From Trichoplax adhaerens (Eukaryota > Animalia > Placozoa): a stretch of 64,000 nucleotides of DNA. The stretch covers positions 432,371 through 496,370 of the forward strand of contig NW_002060959.1 in the NCBI RefSeq assembly GCF_000150275.1, given 5' to 3'. The position numbers were made by a program, and so were the translations under genes. Below are positions 1-12,716 of the stretch, in pieces (within the stretch, counting starts at the first letter, position 1; each line of letters starts with the position of its first letter). The notes under the pieces were generated by a model that saw nothing but the letters and a program-made list of their open reading frames with translations, made no database searches and was not told the DNA's origin.

Positions 1-127
1 CATGGCTTATCCATTACTGGTAACTAATAATATAAAAATGTTTAGAATATTCACAATTATCTTGCTTCTATCTGCTATTTTAGGTTATGATGGTAATTAT
101 AAATGCAATCAATCTTTTCATGTCTAG

Positions 128-3100
128 TAAAACTAGTGCTTTAACTGAAGCTCAAGATTTACATAATGCCTGTACAAGGTATAAAATATTAAATGCTTAT
201 ATTCAGCTAAGAAAAGCTGGTTTAATGATACCCTATTTTTATAAATAAAAGTGTGACAATGTTATTATAACCGCTACTTTATCAATTACTATTTAGAATG
301 ATCAATGTGTTACAGCGATTGCTAAATTATATTGCCCCTCTTTCGCCTGGTATCAAATTTAATCAACTTGTTCTGGATAATCTTGCACTAGCAAATATTC
401 AACTCAATCTCGACAATCAATTTCAAAGTATTCTATATGTCTTATTATTGCAATCTGGCCAGAAAGTAATTAATAAAATTACAAGCGAAAACCTTCAGCT
501 TAATCGTGGTGACTTAACTGAAGACTTCTTCAACGATAAGGCATGCTTTTCTAGCTATTTAAAATAACTTAAATAAAATGATTGCTACATATATATATTA
601 AAGTATTGAAACATAATGTAAACTAATCATATGCTTTTAAGATTATTAATCAGAGTCTAAATCAAACGTTAGCAGTTCTCTTTTGTCCTTGAAAAATAAT
701 TGATACATAGTAACAGAATTATAACCAAATTTTGTTTCGGTAGCTAGTAGATTGATGACTCAATCTATTTAAGTTCAAATTGTTTGTAATGATGTATTAA
801 CGAAATACGAAATATTTAATAATCTCGACGATTTGAAGTTTAAATAGACAGCAACAGTAACAAAAATAGTTTACCAGTTTAAACCAGCACTTATTAGTAA
901 TCGAAATTAGAGGATTTCTTTCTCACATTTTTAGAGCATAACTGCAGGAATTTACCTTCCGAAAACTTTTCTACAAAGTGCATTTCCACTTCGTGGAACT
1001 AAAAGTCTGCAAGTTCTTATCCTAAGAAATACTAATTTATTTCCATTATCGGCTATACAAAGAAAAAACTATCAGTTATCAGGAAGTGTACTAATAGCGA
1101 GAATAGGTCAGTTGTATACATAATGCAATAGCAGAAAAACAATATGAGAAAAACATTCAGTATATCAATATCTAGAAATAAATTTCACATTTTTCCTGAT
1201 TACAAATTTTTGTAATGGTATCGCAAATTATTATAAATTACAGATGGTGTGGCTATAACAAACTCAACAACTCCATTAACAGTTATTTTAAGACCACAAT
1301 CGACTAAGGTAAAATTCGATCTACGGCCAGATTTATCTAGTTAAACTAAAATTTCGGCATGCATGATATCGATGATATTTATTACTTGAGTAGCATTAAT
1401 TGCTTTCTTTTTAAAGTTTTCAAAGTAATTTTGAAACTTTCACATTAAATTAAAGCAGAGTAAATACCGGTACTTAATGTATGATTTATGGTAGTTTTAG
1501 CCAAATTTAATCCTGCTAGTGATATAGAATAAATATTAACTAAAGGTTACAATCGAGGGCATGGTAACACGATCTTCTGTTACACCTATGATAACCTAAC
1601 TTCTTGCTTTAAACCATATCACAGCTAAGAGCGTCTTTTCGAATCAAAACGCAAGCAGATAAAAGTAAGTTCAACAGAGATACTACAATTATGCCGCCAG
1701 TTTACAATTTTTTCTTAATCAAATTTCATCTTCCTATTTAGCTGTTAAGCCTACTTGGTCTTCATCAATTTGTCAACAAAGTCCTTCTAAGTTTGTCGCT
1801 TCTTGTAAACATATGGCTATATTTGCATTACATGGAGTAAGGACTAAATTCTTTAATATTCTATATTTGGCATAAATACTCGTATTTGAATAATTGTTTT
1901 CTGTCTATACTATCGAATGATTACAACATCCATTTTCTTAATCTAATTTTAATTTTACTATCTTAGAATAAAAGCAATAATGGATTAGCATGGCCGGACA
2001 ATGCGCAACATTTCCATATTCGTCCATTGCAGTCCTTTACTTATGTTTTGATTACCATTGGAATAGTCTTTAATTTAATAATCACTTTAATCTACATTAT
2101 ATTGAGGTAAGAGAATAATGTCCATTTTTGAGGAACAAATAATTTACCTTTTTTCATTGCAAATTCCATTTTGACTATTTACACTTCATATCATTTCGTT
2201 AAAAATGTCAATTAAATTATGGATTGTGTGGAATTTCTTTCCTCCACCAGCCAATTTGCAAATCCGTCGAATTTTGCTACTCTACGCACAATTCCAATCC
2301 GACTAAACATATGGATAACGGAAATTATAACATCCAGCACATTCTTACTAACATCGCGCTTAACAGAATTGCCAATTTTTTGCTCTATTGCCGAATCATT
2401 GCTAAATTTTATGCTGCTTTCATCGATAGCATGGATGTTGGTTCATAATTTAGCTTTGCGCAATATTGTAAATCATACCTTGCAAGGTAGAGATGCATTT
2501 TTAACTCACATACGTTATTCCTGTATTGGTTGGGGTAAGTTTGATCCAGATTTAAAGCAACAGTTAAAATCATACGTATTTCAGATATATTACTTTAACT
2601 ATCTAAAGAAAATCATACGATAGGTCTAACGTTATTTGCTTCGCTATTTTTAGTTGCACCTTTCGTTGCTACAGGCGTTGGTGCAGCCATTCTTATAAGT
2701 AATGGCAGCTACCAAGATCGGCAATTGTAAGTTAACATAACCATTAAACTATGCATTAAATTTCATGTTCCAGCTCTAATTCTTGTCTATACTCAAATTT
2801 TCTTGTTACATGGGCAAAAATTTTCGCTTGCTGTTGATGGTTATAATGAATTTATTGGGGTTCTATAGTAGCTGTGTTATTCGATTGCAAACGGAAGTTT
2901 ACGTTTTCCTAATTACTCCAATTGCTGTTGTAACATTAGTCAATTTCTACTTATATGGCTCAACGATCCAACTTTTAAGAGATACAAACAATGTTTTCTC
3001 ACATCTCAGTAGTAAGGAATCGCAGTCAATCCGTCAACTGCTTTCTGCAACATTAATCAATATGATCTTCTTAGTCTTGGCTATCATCTCGGCTGGTTTT

Positions 3101-3820
3101 ATTTTCCAGCCTAAGCCATCGACCAATCTTCTCTTCCCGGTCTCTTTTGCTATCTTGCTGTGCTTAATTGGTCTCTTCAATTTCATGTATACCATCTGCT
3201 GGTCTCAAGAGTTTCTAGTCCATAAAGAATTATTCAAATTATCCTATATTATAGAAACTTGTTGCAGTGCATCCAGTGGCAATTATAACGTAACAGATAC
3301 TTTGGAAGTGACTAATCATACTACATCCGAGCAAGAATTTCAAAAAGAAGAGCATGAAATGAAATCTTTAACTCCATCTAGATCGTTGACAGTATCTCTT
3401 CCCAACCATGATGGCCAAACTAGTAATAGCATTGATCATCCTGTCAGGCTTGTCATATCGCCTCTAAATACCGATGGAATTCGTAGTCGAAGTCCTAAGA
3501 ATACTTCAGCGGCTACTAGTAGCGTATATAGTGGTAGGCATGGTCGTCAACAGCGCCAATATCTTTCTCGCCAGTCAATTCCAATCTCACCTGATTTTAG
3601 TCCAACGGGCCCTAACTTAACCTTAGCAAGTGATTCCAAAAAATCCGAATCTTTATCTTCACTAGAAAACCAATCCATGGTATGGGATGAAGAAGTGATG
3701 AATGATAGTTATTATGTTCGTCAAGTTGATCCTGATCAATTTTCATCATCTAGTCATCATCATGAGCGTTCTTTAGCAAGTTCTATAAGTAGTCGACATA
3801 ATCGAACTACGAGAAGTTAA
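128..3820 (+). CDS. Adhesion GPCR (GAIN/GPS + secretin-type 7TM), multi-exon, 5' end unresolved or outside the window
   Basis: GT-AG exons give GAIN-like segments (~935-1107 SITAGIYLPKTFL...SGSVLIARI; ~1243-1308), a GPS exon ~1742-1836 (WSSSIC...SCKHMAIFALHG), TM1 ~1968-2106, TM2-4 ~2251-2535 (FCSIAESLLNFMLLSSIAWM, adhesion/secretin TM3 signature; YSCIGWG), exon ~2654-2726, and a terminal exon ~2870-3820 (TM5-7 plus Ser-rich tail). Confidence 0.85.
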
Positions 3821-4849
3821 TCAAAAACTTAGCAGCTAGTCTGCGAAATTAGGCAAGTCTGCATTTTGGCAGAAACTTTGTTTGCTCGAATGCAAAGCAA
3901 TTGCAAAAAATTGACTAAAGTGTTGTTCGTTCCCGACATCGATATTGAAAGGATCTTATTGTTTTATTGGATAGTTTCGAAGTATTTTTGAAAAGTATAA
4001 ATCAAACTTGATAACCATTAACTTATGTATTATTACAGATTTCTTTTAAATTAGAATTATTTGACGCAGACAAATTTACTATATACGAATAAGTATCTTA
4101 ATTTGGTAGCGGAGGTCTGCTACATTTCTCTTCCAGAATATTTATGATTGTACACATAATTCAGTTGGTACAGGACTCTTGCTTTAAGGAAAACAGCTAA
4201 CAAGTTGTTATCGAATAAATGCAAAATCTAACCGTCATGTATATATCTATCGTAAAATAATATTAAGTATAAATGCGCTTAAATAATATATTTTCGAAAG
4301 GGATTATTAAACACAATCTGAACGAAAAGTTTTTCTTAAGTTAATATTATAATCAGCTTACACGGCTATAAAATTATTCAAATTTCTTTTATAGATTTAG
4401 CTTTTCACATACAAAACACCTTGAAATACTCCTATTTCTTTTCTTGATTTTATGAATTGCATTATTGCAACTACCTTCACTTCATCAATTACTTTATTGC
4501 TACTATCTTGATTTTATTAATTACATTACCACTATTTTACTAAACATTATGTCTGTGTATGTTATATAAGGCAATAATTTACATTCTTCTATTTTAAATT
4601 GAATATGCTTGTCATGACCAGCCTCTTTATTATTGCTAGAAAGTATTTTCTTACGCTACTTACAAAGTCGTTTGTATTAAATGATTACTAGCAATGTAGC
4701 AATAAAGTTAAAGACCTGCAATGAATATGGTAAATGCTAATTCAAGTGCAATAAAATAAGTAAACAATTTATAATTATATGGCCATGTCACAGTACAAAT
4801 ACACCGTGAATGATACAGTATAAATTTAGTATTTGCGCCCTGGTAGATC

Positions 4850-5450
4850 TTCATACCAATTGTTGATTCTATATGATTTGTGCTTACGTACATGAATCAG
4901 TTGGAGTTCTATAGTTGGATAAAGTTAGGTTACTTGATGTGTTCCGTTATAATTCGGTCTCGATAATCTAAAGTGACTACTTGCTTATGTTAAAAATTGA
5001 GTTATTGAGAACTAATTCGTTGTTAATCGATTTTATAGTTTTAGACGAGTAGTAGCAATGTCGATTGGTTGTTATTGTTGGAATAAAGTAACATAGCTCA
5101 AGCTTGCGAAATTTGTCTGTGAGACTGTAATTTAAAAAGAGTAAAATACTTTACTGTATTCTTTATCACGAGAATAGTCAGTGATAGGCCAATAAAAGTT
5201 GAATTAGCTCATCTAGAGTATTCCTTCGATAAATAGGAAAGGCTATTGCCGTATTAGTACTATATATTGTGATATTGTGGGAAAATATTACTAGTTTAGA
5301 CAGTTTTGCACTGAGGATAGATGGTCATTATTAGTTTAGTAGATGAGTTGTTTTCTGTAGTAAAGTGGAAGTTTAGCTATTTCTAGGCTGGCATAATTTA
5401 TACTAGCAAGCAATACTCCTCGCTGGCAATAGTTTAACTTTTATCCTACA
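4850..5450 (-). pseudogene. Possible decayed leucine-rich-repeat coding remnant
   Basis: Minus-strand fragments YGNSLSYLS/NTLDELIQLL (~5253-5180, one frameshift), TNFASLSYVTLF and MYVSTNHIES resemble LxxLxLxxNxLxxL, with stops and frameshifts. Confidence 0.3.
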
Positions 5451-6248
5451 TACAAGATCAACATGTATAATCTGTCTCACTATTTTAGCTATTTTAGCTC
5501 AATTCAGGATCACTCATCCAATCGATCACTAACCACCTTTAAAAATTTATAAGTAATCCCTTGTCGTTATTCATACATCGATGCACAGAACATACTTCTA
5601 TCACTTTTGGAATGAACTAATTTTATTTTTGAGTCGGCAAGCTTTAATTTATTATTCTGATATAAATACAATTGCTAAGGCTATTACTTCGGCAAAGCTT
5701 GAAAACTTATTGATTAGGGGTTCAATAGGTCACCTTGACCTTCACACTGTTGCAGCGTAGATTGTCCACATTTTGCAGCGAGGCAGCAAGGACAAGTTTG
5801 AACAGAGTAGGAAAGCCGTAGCCAACTCTAAGCCAAAAAATTAACGTTGGAGAAGATGACATAAGCAATCTTGGTATCAACTCTCTTAAGTTTGCTCTAC
5901 ATCTCGACAATCAATCATCAAATTTCTTCCGATTCTAATTTTGCCTACCATCTGGCTTGAGTCATTCAGTAGAAGACTTTTCCACGAATAAATCATCACT
6001 CGATTTTACAGTTCAAATCAATCTACTTAAAATAGCATTACTCTTCTATTCATGTCCGACACTGTAAGCTGCTGGTCGTCTTCGCAATTATAGTTTTTCT
6101 AGTCACATCAATTTTGTACCATAATTGGTTGACTGGCTAATAGTAGCGATCAACCTTTTCTAAGAAAGTAAATTAACACCCATTTAGTATCGCTGCAATA
6201 TTCTTAGAAGCCTAACTCTATCCAATAAAGCTATCAATCTAATCCAAG

Positions 6249-9149
6249 ATGGGGAGCAGCAACACAAGTATGAAAACTAAAGATAATATCTCTAAGGAAG
6301 GAAAACGTATCATGGATGAAGTTGAATCGATTCGTAAAGCAAGTTTACACGAATTTCACCTTGGATATTATCAGAAAGCATTGGATAACTATAACAAGGC
6401 GTTGAAATTAATTCAAGATCTCCAAGATCAAGATCGGATACAGGCTCAACTACAATGCGATGTCAAATTAGATATTTCTCTAGTTTACTTTCATCAAAAG
6501 CAATTTCAAAAAGCGCGAGAATGGATACAACAATCTCTTCAGCTAGGCAAAAAATTGAAAGACCAACTTCGAATATCTCAAAGTCTAGATAACCGTGCTC
6601 ATGTTAACATCCAAGAAGAACGTAATGATGAAGCTAGAGATGATTTGAAACAGTCGTTAAAGATTAAATTGAAGATTCTCGGAGGGAATCATTTAGACAT
6701 TGCCGTAACTTATCACCGTCAAGGAGATCTGTTATGCAGCGTCGACAAGAATCAGGATGGAATGAGGATGTATGAAAAAGCTTTGCAGATATTGCTCAAT
6801 GCTTCAGAAAGTAAGACTTTAGCACTGGCTGAATTATATCAAGATATAGCCATTGCTTATACCATTACTGAGGAAGAAAAAAATTATAATAAAGCCCTGG
6901 ATTTACTCTCGAAGAGTTTAACTATTCGATCCGATCTTTTAGGCGATCATAATGTTTTAGTAGCGGATTCGTACGATAACATGGGATGGGTCAATAGTGA
7001 GCGAGGCAATCATGATCAAGCTATCCCAATGTATCAAAAGTGTCTCGAAATTAAATTAGCCATTTTAGGAAATACACACTCAGATATTGTCGATCTATAT
7101 GATGCTATTGGCTATTCTTACCGCCGAAATTCGCAATACCAAGAAGCGTTGCAAGTGTATGAAAAATGTCTACATCTACAACAAGAATTACCTGCGGGCG
7201 ATAATGCCGTGATAGTCGATACTTACCGAAATTTAGCATCTGTTTACAACACATTAAACAATTGGGAAGAAGGGATATCAGTATTACAAAAATGTCTTCA
7301 CCATCAGCAAAAATCATTCGGTAAAAATACTGACAAAGCTGCTAAAATATACAACGATATCGCCAGTAGCTATTGTCATCAGAATAAGTTTGATGAAGCT
7401 GCATCCATGTTCCAGGAAAGCTTAGATATTAATTTGAAAATTCACGGAAAAAAAAGCCTAGCAGTAGCTAATAGCTATAAACATATTGGAAGTGCCTATT
7501 TACTTCAACACAAGTTTAATGAAGCTCTAAGCATGTATCAGGAATCTTTAACCATCCAACAACAACTATCTGGTAGTAAAGATGATGATGAGGATGAAAA
7601 AATGTTAGATATGGCTGATACATACCAAAACATAGGACATGTCTATTATCATCAAGAAAAGTTACGAGATGCTTTATCAATGTATCGAAAGTGCTTGGAT
7701 ATCCAGTTACAAAAGCTAGATTCTGAAGATTCAGCCATTGCAAGCTCTTATGAATATATTGGAAATGTTTATTTTGATCTACAGAAATATGATGATGCTG
7801 CTATGATGTATCAGAATTGTCTAAAAATCCATAAGGAAGTATTTGGCGAGGAGAGCTCGAAAGTTGCAGAATCTTACCGTCAAATTGGTCTTATCAACTG
7901 CAAGCAAGAGAAATACAACGATGCCATTGCAAAGATACAAAATGCTCTCGATATATTGCGAAAAGATTCAAAAGAAGAGAATTTACAAATAGCAGAATGT
8001 TACGCTAGTCTTGGCCTTGTCCATAATAAGCTTTTGCAATGTAAACAGGTTTTCGAATATTATCAGAAATGCTTCACTATTCGACAAGAACTGCTGGATG
8101 GAAATGATTTAAGTTTAGCTGAGTCTTATAGTGATATTGCTTTTACTCACGGCAAGCTACTTGAATATGATCAAGCGATAGAGATGTATCAAAAGTGCTT
8201 AACTATTCTTACAGAAGGAAAGGCTAGCAAATCAAGTATTGCTGAAACTTATTTTAACATAGAAGATATTCATAAACAACAAGATAATACGAATCAAGCT
8301 ATGGCTATGCATCAAAAAGGAGTCGATTTTAAGCTCCAAGCTGAAGGAGAGCAGAATTCGGATAGAGCTGAGAGTTATTACTATCAGGCAGACTTGTATC
8401 GAGACCAAGAAAAGTATAAAGATGCTCTATCCTTGTACCAGAAAGCTCTGGATATTTTACTCTCGTCAGTACATAAAAATGGCGACGTTGCAGCGTGCTA
8501 TAGTCAAATGGGCATCGTCTTTAAACGACAAAAAAAATATGCAAAGGCCCTTGTAAAATTCAAGGAATGTTTCGATATATTGTCCAAGGAAAGCGAAAAA
8601 GACAACAATGCTATATCTGCTACGTATCTAAATATAGCCCATACTTATTGGGAGCAGAAAAAATATGAACAAGCAATCGAAACGTTTCAAAATTTTATTA
8701 ATCTTCAACAGCAGATGCATGAAGACAATTTGATGAGTGAAAATGTCATCGATTCTTATAGCAACATTGGAGATTGCTATCATGAATTATCCAAGCATGA
8801 ACAAGCATTGCCAGCATTTGAAAAGTGCTTAGAATTACAGCTGAAAAAATTGGATGCCAAAGATATTAAAATTGCCTACACCTACACCAATATTGCAGTT
8901 TGCTACGAATTTCTGGAGAAGATTGAAGAGGCCATCCAATTTCTTCAAAAATCGGCCGATGTCAAAGGTGCTACGCTAGGAAAGAACCATCCTTCTATTG
9001 CTGATGATTATGATGAAATAGGTTGTCTCTATACGCATATCAATAAGCCAAAAGAGGCTGCTATAAAGCATTTTTATGCCGCAACCATTCGCAATCCTTC
9101 AAATCCGAAAATCAAATCTAAACCAAAGCGTAAATTTGGCAAAGGTTAG
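6249..9149 (+). CDS. Intronless TPR protein (42-aa KLC/nephrocystin-3-type repeats), 966 aa, N-myristoylation-like start
   Basis: Uninterrupted ORF with roughly 20 repeats of A.SY..IG..Y..Q.KY..AL.MY.KCL.I; starts MGSSNTS, ends in basic KIKSKPKRKFGKG. Confidence 0.92.
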   Translation: MGSSNTSMKTKDNISKEGKRIMDEVESIRKASLHEFHLGYYQKALDNYNKALKLIQDLQDQDRIQAQLQCDVKLDISLVYFHQKQFQKAREWIQQSLQLGKKLKDQLRISQSLDNRAHVNIQEERNDEARDDLKQSLKIKLKILGGNHLDIAVTYHRQGDLLCSVDKNQDGMRMYEKALQILLNASESKTLALAELYQDIAIAYTITEEEKNYNKALDLLSKSLTIRSDLLGDHNVLVADSYDNMGWVNSERGNHDQAIPMYQKCLEIKLAILGNTHSDIVDLYDAIGYSYRRNSQYQEALQVYEKCLHLQQELPAGDNAVIVDTYRNLASVYNTLNNWEEGISVLQKCLHHQQKSFGKNTDKAAKIYNDIASSYCHQNKFDEAASMFQESLDINLKIHGKKSLAVANSYKHIGSAYLLQHKFNEALSMYQESLTIQQQLSGSKDDDEDEKMLDMADTYQNIGHVYYHQEKLRDALSMYRKCLDIQLQKLDSEDSAIASSYEYIGNVYFDLQKYDDAAMMYQNCLKIHKEVFGEESSKVAESYRQIGLINCKQEKYNDAIAKIQNALDILRKDSKEENLQIAECYASLGLVHNKLLQCKQVFEYYQKCFTIRQELLDGNDLSLAESYSDIAFTHGKLLEYDQAIEMYQKCLTILTEGKASKSSIAETYFNIEDIHKQQDNTNQAMAMHQKGVDFKLQAEGEQNSDRAESYYYQADLYRDQEKYKDALSLYQKALDILLSSVHKNGDVAACYSQMGIVFKRQKKYAKALVKFKECFDILSKESEKDNNAISATYLNIAHTYWEQKKYEQAIETFQNFINLQQQMHEDNLMSENVIDSYSNIGDCYHELSKHEQALPAFEKCLELQLKKLDAKDIKIAYTYTNIAVCYEFLEKIEEAIQFLQKSADVKGATLGKNHPSIADDYDEIGCLYTHINKPKEAAIKHFYAATIRNPSNPKIKSKPKRKFGKG

Positions 9150-9463
9150 TCTAGAAAATCCCTAAAATTTTGTTGTTTTTCAGATGACAGTCTTAACCCA
9201 TTCCATAAGAGTAACTATTTTAGGATAGCTATTGAAGATGATAATAACAAGTCATAAGTCAATTTTGCGTTCGTATTTTACCGGTCATTTGAACTTATTG
9301 ATCATTCAGTGTTGCTAACGAAAGCTCGTCAATATCAAATAAGTGGAGGTATATATTTTTAGCTAGTAGATACTCTTATGCTAACTAGAACTATTTATTC
9401 TCTTGGAAATACTCCTTTATAGGTAGTGAAAAAAAAAAAAATTATAAGAAATTGTTGGCTGAT

Positions 9464-9742
9464 TAGAGTCCGATGATACTTGAAATTCGAAAAAGATCTA
9501 AGGGGAAATATTTAATCTATTCTTTAGCTCAAATAAATCGATACCAATGATTTATTAGGAAACTTGGGCATAGTTTAGTTTATCTTAGAATATTTAGAGA
9601 TCATTCCATTACAGAAATTTTAGGATGAATAGAGTCCGATGACTGAAATTGTAAAAGATTTAATGGGAAATATTAGAATTATTCATTAGTTCCAATAAAT
9701 CGATACCAATGATTTGTTAGAAGCTTGGATATAATTTAGGTT
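9464..9742. repeat. Imperfect direct repeat (~115-bp units, period ~166)
   Basis: tagagtccgatga...aataaatcgataccaatgattt at 9464 and 9630. Confidence 0.8.
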
Positions 9743-10274
9743 GTCGTGGAATGGTTGCATTTTATTCTTTCACCACAGATTTCTACGTAGTTTATTCCAG
9801 CTGGATGGCATTTTATTTTAAGAATGTCGTCAAGAGTAGAAAAAGAATGAATATAGAAATTTGTGCTTTGTACTAGAGACAAATAATGAATAGGACATCG
9901 TCTAGATACAAATTAAAACATTAGAATTATAAACTCTGGCCATGATTAAAATTCCTTATCCTGATGTAATGCTAATTTTAACTCATACTGCTTTTAATTC
10001 ATTCAACTCGTATAATGTCAAATACAAGAACTGATATACAAAATTTCATGATAAATTGTTGCATATGTATTATATGATGGAAGACACTTAATGATAAAGG
10101 TTACGATAATTTTTAAATTCTTCTTCAAGATTTTGTATTGTAATGTTGCGGCTTTAAAAAATAAATGAATAATTTGATTACGGTAGATTTTACTCAGTAT
10201 CTTAGTATATTGTGAAGCCGACTACTTTATTCGGGTTAGAATTATGGAATATCTACTAACTTAATTTTGTTAAG

Positions 10275-10688
10275 AATCATACCATATATGAGCATCAAAG
10301 TGACCTTGGACAATGCTATAATAAATTATCCAAGCGTGATCAAGCATTGAAAGCAGTTGGGAAATGTTTAGAAATGCGAATAAGTGTCCTAGCGCTTAAT
10401 GATATCCTAATAGCTTATGCATACTTTCATGCTGCTGTTTGTTGCGAACATTTAGGAAAGCTTGAAGATGCTATAACCTTTCATCAAAGATCGATCAACA
10501 TTACATCAAAAGCACTTGGAGAGAGGCATCCTTCTATTGCCGAAAAATATGAAGATATTGGATGTATTCTAGCTCGATTAAATAGAAAAGGCAAAGCTAC
10601 TGCTATGTATTCATATGCTGCAAAGCTTCGTAGTGATCCTTATCCTGAAATCATAGTTGATCGAAAGCGTAAAATTGATGACGATTAG
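10275..10688 (+). pseudogene. Orphan C-terminal fragment of a paralog of the 966-aa TPR gene
   Basis: AVCCEHLGKLEDAI...LGERHPSIAEKYEDIGC...KRK aligns with AVCYEFLEKIEEAI...LGKNHPSIADDYDEIGC...KRK; no ATG or upstream repeats. Confidence 0.8.
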
Positions 10689-12487
10689 TCTGTAATTTTG
10701 CTAGAATCTTGAAATGAATATTAATGTAAAAGATTGTTAACTGATCCACTGAGTAAAAAGTCTACCTTAGCATGGCTTTTGAGATATTAGCAATATCATT
10801 CATTGGCTTGCCTTGAGTTGCTATAAACTGTTGCAGTAAATCTCACTTTAATAAAAACGTGTTTCTCGGTTGATAAGTATCCAATTTCTATGAGCTGTGG
10901 TTGTTTCATCTCTCCAATAAATTTGCTACAGATACCTAAAAATTCATTGATTGAAAAGAAATAGGAGGCTAGCTGCATAATTAAATCAATAAGGTGAAAA
11001 AGAATAAGAAAAATTCAAATTGTGAATCAATCCAAGTTAATTGATGTATTGCAGTCTACTAATATGCAGATTGCCTTAGAGTACGTAGATTTAAATTTTC
11101 GAGATTTATACTATTTTCATCTACAACAATATTTTAGTTTAGTTTTAATTTAATCGATTTAATAGTTTATATAAGTTACTATTAATGCGCAGATACTAAC
11201 CATAAATTTATATATTATTATTGCTAAGCAATTACAAGATAAATCTTGTGTCAAGTTGATTTTACTGTATAATTATATCATTTTTCATTACAGCTTTGAA
11301 CAATTTTAGTTATAATAGACAGGTACTATCAACTAGTAGAAAATCTTGCAAAATATCATGTAGCTTTGTCAAAATATTCCTTTACAAAATAAATGTGTAT
11401 CATTAGGAATTTCATATTGGTTCATTTATCTGATAAAAAACACTTTTTCAATTTGTTAAAATAATCAATTACCTTGTCTATATCGACAAATTTAATCAAA
11501 TTGACAGGGATAAATTTCCCTTATAGAAGCAAAAATATTCTAAAATTTTTTATTAGCCATTTATTATGTCATAGATACTGATGGTGTAACAGCAATCGTG
11601 ATCGAGGTTATCATCGCAGGAGGAGGAAAGGGGGTTTGGATCAGTACAAATAAATACTTGAACAATTGGCGGTTTTATAGCCATTGAGCATAATCGAAAT
11701 GCCTACCACTATAGGAAAGCCCAATAGTTAGTGGACAACAAGGCCTGATTTTGTGATTTTCTAATTTGTTAATGCGCCTTAATGTAAGATAGAATGTTGT
11801 TTATTGAGGTTAGTTGATACTAATGGAGCCTGCAAATATTTCTAAAAGGCGGTGAATGGGTGCGCTGTGTCTCCTACCTAGTTAATAGGCCTAAGTATCG
11901 GAACTAGAGCGCTTATTTCTCGTTAATAGGATTAGCACCACTCCTTAAATCGGTACGATCGGACATTTTTTATGTCATGAAGGCCGAGTAGTACTTCGAT
12001 AACGGCTGTACTCACCTCAACGTATAATAGGTAGTAGAGTTCTAAGCCATAATCACATACAAGACGTGGATTTACATTGAGAAAAGTGCGAGGAAGCTTT
12101 ATTAGAAGTTAATAATTAGTTTACTAACACGAATATTTCTCATATAATAAGATAAATTAGAATTAACTAGTAGAAATGAATTATTGCAATACAGCATCGA
12201 TTACGTGAACTATTAAATCAATATGATACGCTTTCATGACCGTCCGTGCTAGATTACTACAATTTTCCATCGTAATGAATATAAGTACAAACACTTTATC
12301 TGATACTCCATATTATTGTGTAATATTGAGATTACCATAACCATGATCTAGAATTAAAATCGAAGTCATTTCGTAAACAGCCTAAAAAAGAAATTTATGC
12401 TACCTTAGATTCAATTACCGCAGATAGCTTCCGTTTTAGGACTGCACATCATTAAGGTAATTAATTATGCCGATGAGTTTTTGCGTG

Positions 12488-12716
12488 GTTTCTCATATAT
12501 CGTTTGAGTTTGTCCATGCTTACCCTGCTCATCATAGACCTTTCTGATATTGTTATTTGATCAGTAACGAATAGCTATAACCAATGCTCTTATATTATTT
12601 TGTAATGTTACGATGACCATAGCCAAGATCAAAAATTGAATTCGAAGTAATTTCTGAACGGTATCCTCAGGAATTTGATGCTAGCTTCGTTTAAATTATT
12701 GGGGATGCCTCCCATA
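12488..12716 (-). pseudogene. Decayed TPR repeat units immediately downstream of the 1357-aa gene stop
   Basis: 12490-12550 (ttctcatatatcgtttgagtttgtccatgcttaccctgctcatcatagacctttctgatatt) closely copies 12766-12826; a further broken unit lies near 12600-12690. Confidence 0.7.

Noticed and set aside
38-127. Signal-peptide-like MFRIFTIILLLSAILG as the GPCR start
   Set aside because: Needs a 35-nt intron and the phase does not join the next exon; unresolved.
535-700. Possible GC-AG intron (AAG|GCATGC at 541) in the GPCR
   Set aside because: Weak donor and the next micro-exon cannot be fixed without cDNA.
11570-12100. Slightly GC-richer segment that might be a transposon or RNA gene
   Set aside because: No ORF, terminal repeats or recognisable RNA motif found.
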